Positions 11,053 through 23,800 of a DNA stretch of 64,000 bases are shown in pieces (the stretch's first letter is position 1; every line of letters starts with the position of its first letter). The translations under genes were made by a program, and so were the position numbers. The DNA is from Eutreptiella sp. 'Long Island Sound 2002' (Eukaryota > Protista > Euglenida): assembly GCA_964036045.1 (NCBI GenBank), contig OZ038379.1:10602001-10666000 (forward strand), written 5' to 3'. The notes under the pieces are model-generated. The model was given only the letters and a program-made list of their open reading frames with translations. It was not told the origin of the DNA and ran no database searches.

Positions 11053-14000
11053 GCATAGGGATGGAATGCAGGCAAGATCTGTGGCCAGAGGAGGTGAAAG
11101 GGATCCTAACCTCATGAGTGGTGTCTGGTGACGGGAGTGGGGAGGAGGGAGAGTGGTGACCCAATTAACCAAATTGCACAATCAAGTTAGCCCCGGCACT
11201 CAGCATCATTCCTCACCAGTTACTCTCATTTGAATGCCAGCAATGGCACACAATATGTTCGAACAATTTCTTTACCTCTGCCTCAAAACCTGCAACCAAA
11301 CGTCTCATATCATAGACCACACGTGTTCTAGTACACCTCATTAGTACCCCTGTGACCTCCCACGGCGCCGCCTGATCTGCTCGTCTGCACTCTGTTTTCC
11401 TGTTTCCTAATCCCTACCGACATTCGTATACGTTGACTCACCACCTGGACTACATACAGAGCCATCCGTGTGTAGCACACACCGAAACATCATGGGTTTT
11501 CAAGTCTCGCTGGTGCATGTGGGGCACCAGCAAAGTCCTTCAATGGGACTGGCTCTCTTTTAAAGCGCAAAAGCCATTGGCAGACTGTGTGAGACCTCCC
11601 ATGATTTCCAATGCCTGCTAACTGGTTCTGCATCACGTGGAGCGCGATTAATTGCAAAGAGATGGCATTCTCTCGCAGTGGTCGTGTTGTGTTGTTTGAT
11701 GAATGATTGACAAGTGTCACAGTGTGTCGAGAAGTGTCAACACATGTCAACGGGTGTCATTCATGCAACCCAGTTCTTCAAATGCACTTGCACAAGGGCT
11801 GCATGTTATGGACATGCAATCGGGTATCTCCGGTGGAATTTGGATGCAGCAACGTGGTCATGTATGGGCTGCGAAAGGGGCAACGGAAACCACCCGAAAT
11901 GCATGGAATCTACCAGATAAATTGGTGCAACTAGGAGCGGTTCTGAAGATTGCGCCAAAAATGACTACTGCACCTCCCCGCAGTTGTTGAACCCCGAAAC
12001 CATTTTGTTCCCTGGGGCTCCATTGATGATCCACTGCAACAGGCACACAAGGCTTGCAACATGCGCAGCACAGCGCTTTTCGCAATGCTTTGGAACGTCT
12101 ATGCAACAGCAGGAGGGCGGCCAATAGCTTCACCACTGCATCAAATCCCGAAAATTCGAGGGGAAATTTCCAGCACCAGGAAGTGGTAATGAGCTTGAGG
12201 ACAGGGGTGAGCGAACCATAACCCATAGTTGCGGGATATTCGTGTAGTACACCTGAAGGGATTGAAAATTTCTTGATGTAGCGTCGTGAAATTATGAAAC
12301 ATTAGGATGCAAATTTTCCTTTTCTATTCTTCTCTTTTTTTTTTTTTTTGGTTTTCGGAAGTCCACCCCGGGCTGACTGCCCCATTTTCGGTGGCCAATC
12401 TGATAGTGGACCATTACGGCCAGCACAGTAGTGATCACAATGGTTAGCGCTTCTCTTGGACTATGTGCTCCTCAGCAGAAGGGTTTGCCGTGGGGCTGGG
12501 GACCGGTGCCTTGTCCATGACAATGGAATTTCCCTCGAGATGAACGCTGTGCCCGTATTCCAAGCCTCCCTGCGTATGGCTGAACTAATACCAATCATTC
12601 GACAGACGGTTTTGCACATCGTTTGCCTTGCATTTTACGCCCCGTGCTCTCTTGCGCCCTGAAACAGGGCTGGTGACGCTTCCTTTCATGACCCCGTCAG
12701 TGCAGATTGAGGCACGAAGTGGCTGCTGTAATGCAGGTGCAGGTCGGGTACCCTTTTGTTAGCGCAATCTCAGGCTGGAAAAGTACGGAACACTGCCTTT
12801 GTTTTCTGGCGTGTCTGGAGTTTTCGTTGCATGTGCAAGAGTGCCTCAGCATTTATCCTCAGCCAGAGCCCCAGTTCTGTGTCCGGGCCCGCCTCGTGCC
12901 ATCACTTTAAGGTTTGATTTTGGGTTTTTGTGCATTGAATGGGCACCATCATTGGTTTAGCACAGTTGCTGTGGCTCCACTAGGATTGGATACAATGCTC
13001 GGTAAAAGGTTCTTGCGGCACCGAAATGCTACACCAGTTCGCTACATTGTGTGTATAGTATTTCATTCCATTCATTGATCAGAATGCTGACAGCAGCAAC
13101 GGTTCCACAGGTAAGGTACCCAGGGATCCACTGGTTCCAACTGCGTCACATGCAAATAAATCAGCTATCGGTTCCATCTGATCTCTGGGTTGGAACTGAG
13201 TGATTGCCTCAACCTGACTCCCTGAGCCTGTCAGCTGTCATTTTCAGGCAAATGCACTTGCAAAGTATGTTGAAAACATGTATTTTATGTGAGGGGGTGG
13301 GTTCGAACAGAATGAGATTTGGGCATTGGAACAGAAGGTGACAGTGCTTGAACTGCAATCAATTGAAGAGCGGATTTAGACAACAGCCTCAAGGATTTGT
13401 TTTGCAGCTTTTTGGGCCCGTCATGTGAAACAAAGGTTCTCAGCTAACGCTTTTAAATGCACCAATGTGTGCTGCAGATGTGTATGTGTGTGCGTGCGGG
13501 TGTGTGTTTGCAGCAATGTTTTCATTGTTTTTTGCTGTTTTCTGTGGATTTTTGCATGTTCTGCGCTCGCTCCTGTGCTTGTTGGAAGTTTGTCTGTGTC
13601 CAGTCTCAACTGTGGGAAGTAGAGGGTATGCAATCACGATTGAGCAGTGAAAGTGATATCAAGCAGCCAGATTTATCTGAGGCAAAGCCCCCCCCCCCCT
13701 GCACAACAGTACTGGTCATGCAACCAATATTGCAAAGTTCATGCAGCCAGAGGTACCGCTGCATGGTGGACGTTATGTAAACCCTCCTGTGATGTGGCAG
13801 AGGCCGTGCTCATGAGGATGTGGCAAGGTCATGCAGTAATTCTTTCAAGACCCAGGTGGCCTGGTTGTTGATGTCATTCGTTATGCTATCAGTCATGCAG
13901 TGTTAGTCTTGGCTCTTGGGAGCAGAGTAGCATTGTGATCATTGCCCCAGTTTGACGAACACTTGACGAACAGACTAGTGAAAAGGGGCCCATGGGGAGG

Positions 14001-17000
14001 TGCGCAAATACCAGAGCAATAGTGCCAGAAAACGTTAGCTCAATCAACCAGAACATGGCCACATAACCTCTGTTGCAACGGGGAAGAGAGAAAGGCTATG
14101 AGGCCCGCAAAACTTGGATGCAGGGTCCGTGCTGCACCACAGCTGCTGCAAATGCTGGATGTACTGCCCGTGTACATCCTCCCCCCGATGGAAAGTCAGC
14201 GTGCTGCGAATGTGCCAGGCAATCTCTTGGGCCTAAATGCCCTTGACCAGCACTATCCTATTGGCCATGCAAGTTCCCCCCCCCCCCCCCAAGTACAGCA
14301 GGGGTTGATGCAGCACCCCACTTTGGGGACCCCTCATATGGCGGGTCCGGTACTACCCTTGTGGACCATGGAACATGTTATGGAACTTATGGAAACCTCT
14401 TCCCCTTCATGTGTGGACCCCTTCTGCAACTATCAACACAGCTGCCATGAAACCTATGCTGGGGATGAGGTTGATGTTTGCGTTTTATTCTGCCAAAAGC
14501 ATACCACCACACTTTGTGGTGAATGTAAGGAAAGTTAATGTGTTGATTGTAGTGACCCATGCCTTAGTGGCGACAACATTGGATAAAGAATGGCAAAGAC
14601 AGGAGAGTGGGTGGAAGCAGGCAGAGGAAACTCACTTCGTATGGTCACTTGCCAAACCGTGAATGTGAGGTGGAGGCCAATGTCGTGCCACCAAGGGTGG
14701 TCGTCTTGATTATAAGGCACCCAGCAACAGATGCTGGGCAGCCCAGATTGCAGGCAAAGCATATTTGATATGGGCAGTGATACTGCTGCCGCCAGCCCCC
14801 TGTACTTTTAAAAACCCACTTGATCAAAGAGGTAGCAAAACTGGTCAGCATGGATGGGGCCCACAGAGTTAAAATAATGCGACATATTGACACCATGTAG
14901 TGACCCATGGAGGCCACTGCACATGTCAAGCCCACGTCCAACAGCATACTAGAATTGATACCCCCCCCCCCTGTTGCCACGGAGGGCTGTGTACAGGGTG
15001 AAGAGGGTTGCATCTGATTGGAGAAGGTTGAAGAGGCTTGAAGAGTATTAGATTGTAGAGGGCTGGAGACGGCTTCATTGCTGCGCATGGTGCCCGCAAG
15101 TGCTGTGTAGTGGGACAACTGATTTGACTGGGGAAGTGGGAAATTGCTCTGGTGGTTGCAGAGGGCTGTGACAGTGCCCCCTGAGGGGGGGCAAGGGAGG
15201 GGGCTGAAAAAGGGGCTCTGCCGTCAGGGCCTCACGAAGGCCATTTTCTGAGGGAATCTAGGGCAACTCCTAGAAAAATGCTCCCTACTTTTGTAGCCTT
15301 TTTGACCACTCCATGCTCTGGGGACACTGCAGAGGTAGGGATTACAACAAACCGAATCGATGCCACATTTGTAAAGTCTGGCTTCCAACAGAAGAACCCC
15401 ATCCTTTGGGGAGGGCTGAAAAAGGGGGTCTACCAACAACCCACAACCAAGCCAATTTGGACCTGCAACAGGAGAGCCCTTTGGCCTTCAGTAAGGGAGC
15501 CTGAAGGAGCGGGGGGGGGGTTGGGAAAACGGGCTCTGACGACCCCCACCCCCTCTAGAGCAATTGCCCCAGCCCTATTTGTGCGACTGTTGCACCATGT
15601 CCGAGCAGATTTCGTGCTTTTATCCTGTCCATCCACAGCAAAAAGCGTGTCCAATGTCCACCAATGAGGACTTGTATTTCCGGGGAAATGGCTTTTCGCT
15701 CCGCCGCACTATTGCATGCTTTTCTACAACCACCCAAATCATGGAATCAAGCCCCCTTTTCTTCTCATTTGGTACCAGCGTTGTTCTTCTCAGTTGGGAT
15801 TATGTCCTCTTCCGAGCGAAATCGCAGGCACCCACACCGATTGAGGAAAGAGCATTTGCTCGATGGCATCCATTGTGAGTGAGTGGATCAGTGAATGTGT
15901 GAATGAGTGAGTGAGTGAGTGTAAATGCTGTCATGTTGGGCTGTAGGACCCAAAGGGCACGGTGCATACACCAAGAATGATGCAAGCTCCTGCAGCAGTG
16001 AGTCCACTGTCAAGGAATATTGGCTGAAAGTGTGAGGGGGTGGGGGCATACATGACCACTGCTCCGTTCCCGATGCAGCCCCTGAATCCACTAGGCCTGT
16101 AGGCCCAAGGACCAAACAAATGCAGGGGGAGGGCATGGCCGAATGGGGCCAGCAGCAGCAAGTGCCCTCTCGCTGATGACCCCTGACCAGCATGTACGCC
16201 CCTGACCCAGTAGAGGTGCGGCCCAACACGCTGGTCGACCAGGGACAAGGGTGTGAGCCTGGCGAATGTTTGTGCTCCCACAGCCCGACAGGCGACAGCT
16301 GCCCTAGTACAGTGGAGAAGGGAGGAAGGGACCTAGCCCCTAACCCCAGCCATTGACCTTCCGGACAGCGAACACAGAGAACGCGATTTGCCACACTGAA
16401 CTGAGAGCAATGAAGACCGTGGTGGCAGTTGCGGTTGGAGCTGATTGCGGTGAAGCAAACCTGACCCCATTGTGGCCCGATGTAGCAACACGTCCAAAAA
16501 ATTTGTGGTGGGAAGCCCGTCGCCGACAGGGCGACAAAGTCAGAAAACAGCACGGACCCAACACTGAGTCCTGTTGTACCTGGCTCCCATTTCTGTTGAG
16601 AGACACCTACAATGTCTGTAAACCCTCCTCTCCTGTGCGCAAACACGGCCAAAGTCAGGGAAACCAACGGTCAGACAGGGATCCTGTGCTTTGACACGGC
16701 CGTGTGTACATGTGACCCACGGTCAAGTGAAGTGTGGGCCCCATTACGACCACATTCGCTGCCTCCCACTACAAACGTGTCATCTCACATTCTTGACCAC
16801 AAAAAGTGTGGCCAGAAAACAAATGAGAGACGGCATCGCTTTGCTTGGACGAGGCCGGGCTTGCGCAAAGCGGCATGTGAAGGAGGGTCACAGGGCTCAG
16901 CTGTCGCAGTGCTGCGGCCCTTCACACTTGATCGCCAGGCGTCAAGGACCTGTGTCTCACTTTAGTACAGCTTCCCCATTGCTGTTGTGCACAGTGGTCC

Positions 17001-17803
17001 ATGGGCAGGAAGCAGAGTTCATGCATCCCCTCCCTGTTCTCAACCCCCCCCCCCCCTCCCTTGGCTGAGACTTTGCCCGTTACTGCGTTCACTGCGGATC
17101 ATTGCAGTGTTGTGGGTGCTGCAGCGCATAGGAAGCGATTCCTTGCCCCCCCCCCCCCCACCTTTACGCCCCTTCGCTGGCCCTGTGGGCCCAGCCTCAG
17201 TGTCATCCTACATGCATGCCCAACTGCCAGCCTGCAGCTGGACAATGCGTTTGACAGACCCAACATTGTGCTCTGGTTGAGCTCTGTTGGACGTTGAACG
17301 GATCCAATGCTTATTGAGGTTCCCGCCTCACTCCCAGGGGGGAGGGGGTCGAAGCCCCCGCCCAAAAAGTTGGTGTATGGACAGACTCGACGAATGCATA
17401 CAACAGAATGCACGTGATTTGAGTGGCTGCATGTCAGGATGGACAGGGGTACGAATCAAAACTGCTTAAAAACTGCTGGGGGCATAGGATGCGGGGTGTA
17501 AGGAGGAAAGGGGGGCACAAGAAGGGGGGCAAGGGTGCTCAGGATGGTTGGTGTCGGGGGTTGAAAGGGACATAGGATGGGTTGTATAGGGGATAGGGCT
17601 GTAGGGTAGATGGCGCTTTTACACCACTTCATGACCGCCGCCCCTGGGCAGACGGCAAAGCATTGCTGCGCGTTGCGCAAGGGGGAGGACAGGACTGGTG
17701 GTACAGGGTGGGACGGGGGGGGGGCATGGGATGGGTCATTTGGGTGAACCCCGTTCCCAAACCCAAGGAATGCTCCATTCCGACCCCTCTACCCGCTTTG
17801 CAG

Positions 17804-20800
17804 GGAGAAGGACGGTTTCTCGCGTCGTACCCACCGCTTTGACGAGCCTGAGAACGAGCTCCCAGGGCCGGGTTTCTACCACCGTCAGGACAACCTCGTG
17901 AAGGACCCCAAGGGCGATTACACATCCAAACGCGGCACCGGCTCCTTTGCCTCCACAGAAAAGCGCTTCTACGAGGCCCCACGGCCCCTGTTTGTGGTCC
18001 CAGGGCCTGGCAAGTACGAGGGGGAAAAAGGTGTGAAGCCCTGTCCCCCACCCCCCCTCTGACTGCTGTGTGTATGTATGGTCACTCCAAGATCCTGAAC
18101 TCACTCGTAGCGTGCGTACTGCATGCGCATTGGAACCCTCACTGCATATCCATGAAAATCGCCACCTCCCCAGAGCACAAAACACGGCACCAAAACGCAA
18201 CTCATCATTGTTGTCTTCTTCTCCACAGGCATCCTCATCTCCCCACAATCCATGGTGCTGGTGTATTACTAGAGCAGAGCAAGTCTTGAAATACTTTTCT
18301 GGTCCCCCCAGTAGTACAAAAACTTTGCACTGTGTGCGCACTGCTTGCAGAGGCGTGCCCTTTACTTTTCTCTTTTTGTCCAGGCCTTCACAAGTTGGAA
18401 GGCGCACTGACCAGATGGTACTCGGGGTAGCTCTTAGAATCAACGATCAGAGCTGTCCGTTCTAAGATTTTCCCACGGAGCGCCGTGGTAGCAGACATAA
18501 CAACCAGTGAGGGTAGCTGAATCTGAACTGGGAAATGCTGTGGAAATCTGCCACTCCTGCGGGTATCCCAGCGTGCTCTCAAAAAAGGCTGAAGGCTGAG
18601 AGAGAGAGCCAGCGGTGTGCACACAGACATTACATCATGCAGTCCCTCACGTCGCATTTCGTCTCGTCTCGTCTTGTCTCGTCTGATCTCATCATCTGCA
18701 TCTGATGATGTTTCACTGGGTTTCTGCTGCCATTCCATCTGAATCAATTGTCAAGGAAAATGCAAATTGAAACCCGCAATTCAAAATGATTCACATGAAC
18801 ACAACTGATGATTAGGGAACAAACAATTGCCGACAACATCAATGAAAAATTGGGAAGACCAATGATTATTCACCGACATCATTACACGTGTCTCTGCAGT
18901 TGTGTGTCTGTGTTCCTGAAAACCGAGCGAGTAACAATCCAATGCTGTGAGCCAAGGTCACATAACATGCGACTGTTGTTCTTCGTTGTGCTTTACCCTT
19001 CGTCCACAGCCTCTAGCCCTCAAAAATATTGTGTGGTGCCGGAGGCTGACTAAATCAGTCATTACCTTCACAGTCTGATGACGCTTCCCAACAATTGTAC
19101 TACTCCACGAGTTCGTCTGCCTCCCGGGCCTCTGTTGTCAACTCAAACTACAAGAACACGCAAAATTATGAGAATATGCGTGCGTTCGTTTTTTTCGGAG
19201 GGTGTTGCTGTACACACGCTGCGAAAGAAGGCGCTAACCAAGCGTTGTGTGGTTGTCTGCACCGGATATGGAGCCGGATGGATACCTCGCAGTTTCCGTT
19301 CCACCTCGACCCACCAAAAAATACCCTCTCTAAACCCCTGCATCTCCCCGTCCACCAGCCCTCCTCAGCCCCTGTGGCGCTCTTGTGCCAGCATGCCTGA
19401 TCCAGGGCGTGCACCCGGAAGCACCAACCGGCACTTGCTCAGCCTTTATGGCAACCCCCCCGTGACCCGCACCGTCTCGCTCTGCCCTACAGCTCGCGCA
19501 CTTGTGCACATAGACGGCGTCGGCTCTTGTGCAAACCCCTGGGCCTTGCTTTCACTGCAACTCACTCATAAGCCCGCATTGCATTCCCCTCACTGGACTG
19601 CTCACTACCTCCTACTGATGTGCCTTGGTGTGTGCTCAGCCGTTGAGAGCACCAACAACGCCGTGTCTGCGAAGGGCAGTGCCGCCTTCGTCACTCCGGT
19701 GCCGCGCCGGGCTATCCCCAACAAATCCGCCACCATGCCAGGCCCAGGCCACTACGGGGTCCCATTGGACGCGCACAGGGATGACCGTGAATCCGCCATC
19801 TTCCGGTCCAGCACGAAGCGCAGTGACCTCGTCACTCACGTATGGCCCCGTGCTCCTCAAGACCTGTCCCACAACCGCTGGTCAGTGCCAACAGCCGGAG
19901 GGTCTCGATGCGCTGTTCTTTGTGGTGTCGGGACCGCACAACCTTCCAATGGTTGGGCAGACGGGGTGGGCAGCTGACCGACTGCGCTTTGTGTTCCACC
20001 GACAGCGGCCGGGAGTGCGTCCCAGTTCAGTCCACGCTACGCTGACCTTGTCTTGATTCTGTGGCTCATGCGATGGATGACCCCCATCCGAGGACCGTAG
20101 GGCATCGCTCATTCAAAGAGGCCCACAACGGCCGCAGTGCTGCTGCGCAGTGATAACACAACAGCAATGGTATCACTGCGCAGCAGCGCAGTTATGGTGC
20201 AGCAGCACGGGCATTGCAGCGCCCCCGATTCGCTGGTTTCTTTCTTTCGGTTTTGGAGAAGGACCGTGATCCCCTCCTTCCCCTGCACCACCGTCGGTTA
20301 ACCGCCCACCACCATCCGTTACCCACTGACTGTCGTTGGTTGACCGCCAACTGCCGTCCATTGACCGCCAGTCTCAAGACCACAAAAACCGGAGGCAACT
20401 TTTTGTTATTTTCTTTTTTGCTGACAAGGACCGCCCTCGCTATGTCCGGCGCTGCATCTTGCCATGCCACTGCCCGATCCTGGCCCCCCTCCTGTGCAGA
20501 CCAAGCAGAACCCCGGCCCTGGGCAGTACGGGGACATGCTCCTGAAGCACAAGAGCGTCACCGAAGAAGCAGCCAACGCCATCTCACGCCCGGCCTTCGT
20601 CAACAATCCCTTGGACCCTGAGAACCCGCGACCCGCACCCCCAGTGACGGGGGCTGTCTTCCGCTCGGCCACAGACCGCGACGTATGTTGTGTAGCCTGG
20701 CGGCAGGACCGGGTAATGGCATGTGCAGGGCCGTGCCCGCAACCGCGTGCACATCTCCGGTGCATTGCACAAGGGCAGGTGCTTCATATTGCATGAGGGG

Positions 20801-23800
20801 CTGCGCATCCAACTGGGCCGGCCTCAGACAGCGGCCCCCATTGAGAGCACGTGCTTTCTTTTTTGCCTGAAGGATCCTGAGCACACGCACACACCCCCAG
20901 TGCGACCTGTGTGCTAATGTAGGGCTGCTCTGGTCCGCCCTGGAATGGAGCTGTGTCCCTGTTAGCTCGCTTCGGTAGATCCAGTCCGCCCTTGACAAAT
21001 GTCATGGAGCCGTGCCTCTGTCTGAATGCCGTTGTGTCTGGCGCAGCGCACGGACGGGTGACAAAAAAAACCAATCGCTTCGCATTCATGACACTGACTG
21101 AATGTGAGGCGTGCACACGCCGGCAGGGGAGGAATGCCAAGGGGCAGAAGCAGCGTTTCTGAGCAAAAGGGCTACTCCCATCGTTCTCGGTTGAACCCCT
21201 CCAAGATTTGGACACCTTGGGGACCCCATTACGGCAGTGGTTTTGCAGCCACACTTGTGGGCACAAAACGTTTTATGAAGCGCGAGAGATGTTGTGCAAT
21301 TGGAATTGACAGATCTGGTCCTATGTTGTGTGCTCTGCTGGGACGTTTTTCAGGTTGATTTGGTGAGTAGAATGGCAATTTCCGGTCTATTTGGGGGCAT
21401 CTCCAGGGGATGGTGAACCTGGGGCTAAATTCTAGGACACTTGCACAAAAGCAGCGTGCTGGCAAGCACTCCCCCTTTGTCCAAGCATGGTATCCCTGTG
21501 TCCCCATCTGACTTCGGCTATGCCTGCGCAGGGGGGAGGCGTGATACCCCCGCATACAACTGTGCGATGGTGCTTCTTGTGAAGAGACGGTTTGACGTAG
21601 ATAGTCTCCGGGACACTGTGAGGAAAGGGAGGAGACGAAGTTCAGCGTTGTCAGGGGAGTAGGCAAAGCAAGCGACCGCGACAAATTGACGCAAGCCCAC
21701 AGCCATAGCCCCGGAACTCGCCTCGGTCATGATGCGAACTCCGGGGGGGCAGTGCTACCTCACCACAGCTCCCAAAGAGTTACTGGGTCCCACAACCACC
21801 AAGCAAGACGGCGCTGGCACACACCGGGCGAATCCACTGACCAAACAAGCGGAACGGCAACAGCAAACGGGATCAAATCACAGGGACCGAAATGATCGGA
21901 TACTCAAAACAGGCGACTGCTTGGGGTCCCGTTTACACAGCATCGGCGTCATGCAGTTCGGGTGGGAGGGTGTTCCACAAGGGCAAAAGCGGAGCCGGCA
22001 CCTTACCCCAGTACAACTCCAAGCACATGTCTTGAAGTCAGATTGGACATGGATCCGGCTGGCAGAATCACAGTGCGTGACGCTATTTTACAAAGCCGTC
22101 CCTCTGAGCTTTAGGTTTGAGCATGCGTAGCTGTGTGTCAGTGTCTGCCATGACCGTGGACCCTTCAGGGGGTGCAGGCGCATTCCTGATTTCCAGGGGA
22201 AGAAGATGCACAAGATTGACTCTCTGGACCCTCACAATTTGCCTCCGGTGCCCGGAATGCCACACCCATCGCCCCCAAAAGCCCAGAAGCCCCCGGGATC
22301 CCCCGTTGCCGTGGCCGCTGCGCTGACAGCGAACGCTGATCCCGATGATGAGAGGATTGCGAGACCTTCCAGCATGTTTGCGCCCACGACGCTGGTATGT
22401 TTTGCTGTGCATCTGACGGGCATTGGGGATGATGGTCCAATTTAGAGGTGAGGGTGAGGGTGGAGTGAGGGTGACAGTGCCAGTCATGACGGAGGGATTT
22501 TACAGCAGATGGTCAGAGTGCATTAGAGCTGCGTGTCGGGAAGAGGCTGCCCAAGCTCCTCTTGGGCTTATGTAGCCTGCCTAGTAGAAAGACCGAGATG
22601 ACCTATGCTGAGGAATGTCAGTGTCCATCTTCACTGCAGAAGTCCCTCAGGGTGAGTGTTAGAGTGAGGGTGAGGGTGAGGGTGAGGTTGCTTGACAATG
22701 GCAGTGGGCCCGTCCCAGCCCTAAACCCTTACAGAAAGGGGCTGTTCCATAAGGGCTGATTGGTTACTGTGTCGTAACAGCGGTGCTGTGTCATGTCTTT
22801 TGACAAGGCTCAGCGCGACAGAAGTTGTCCACCTCAACCCAGATCGTGCTGAACCCACCGCCCACCCCTCCAAGGACCACTTGGGGGGCACCTGTGAGCA
22901 ATATCTAGCCAACGCTTCCCGCAACTTTTGCGAGGCCTGTCTAGGGCCCGGGATCCCTGCCTCTCTTGTTGGTCAAGGTCATTTATTGGGGAGGGGGGCT
23001 TGCAATTTTGTGTCGAATGCCCTGTACATGGTTGCTGGACTAGGGCCAGAGGGAAATGCAAGGATTCAAAGTGCCAGATTATGCCGTTGGAATGTAGGAA
23101 GACAAGAATGTGGGACAGCCCCCCCCCCCCCCCCCCATTCGGGGGGGGGGGGGGCGATGCGGTTTGTATTTTTCGCGTTTTTTCGCATTTTCGGGGCTGG
23201 TCTCTTAGTGTGATGTTCAAGAGGAAACATTTTAGTACAACCTTGCACTTGAACTAATGTATAGTCTTGTAGTTAGTTACCGTTCGCATATTTGCCCAAC
23301 ACTACCACTTTCATTGCTTACATTCTTCTTCTCGCAATAAACCCGTCGGATTCTATGCCCTCCACTTCTCCTTGTGAGCCCCATTCTGACGATGGAACCA
23401 ACAGCCCCACCCCGGCGCAAAGTACGTGGTGAAGGGAAAGGTGGTGCTGGTGCAAAGTATTGCACCATGAGCCCTTGGAAGCGGAAGGAATAGTTTCCCG
23501 GTCATCCGCTGAGTGTCTACAACAATGAGCTTGGTATCGAAGTTTTATGATGTGATGTGTGTGGATGCCCCGTGTGCCACATGACCAAGAGCACGGTCCA
23601 AGGTCATTTGGACTGCAAAAAACACAAAGTGGCGGTTGAGACTATGACTTAGCCCACGCAAACTGCACCCTGTTTTTCACCTCAAGGCTGGTATTTGCGT
23701 GCAAAAAAAAGACGCGCAGTTTCCGCGTGTTTCCACCTGAAAGCTGAGAATTAAGAAACGGAGGAATCTCAAATATATTTTTTTAGGCTATCAGCGGAAT

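Noticed and set aside
18229-19150. Extra STPG1-like exons at 18229-18260 and ~19074-19180
   Set aside because: Direct joining of 18030 to 19640 already gives the correct phase and a natural PGPGKY..SAKGSAAF repeat; the extra pieces have no family motifs.
22445-22690. (TGAGGG)n runs as telomeric repeats
   Set aside because: Only a few degenerate units within an intron; not TTAGGG and not terminal.
23509-23519. CTGAGTGTCTA, an 11-nt match to the Euglena spliced leader
   Set aside because: Too short, flanks do not match, and no GT donor or SL RNA structure follows; compatible with chance.
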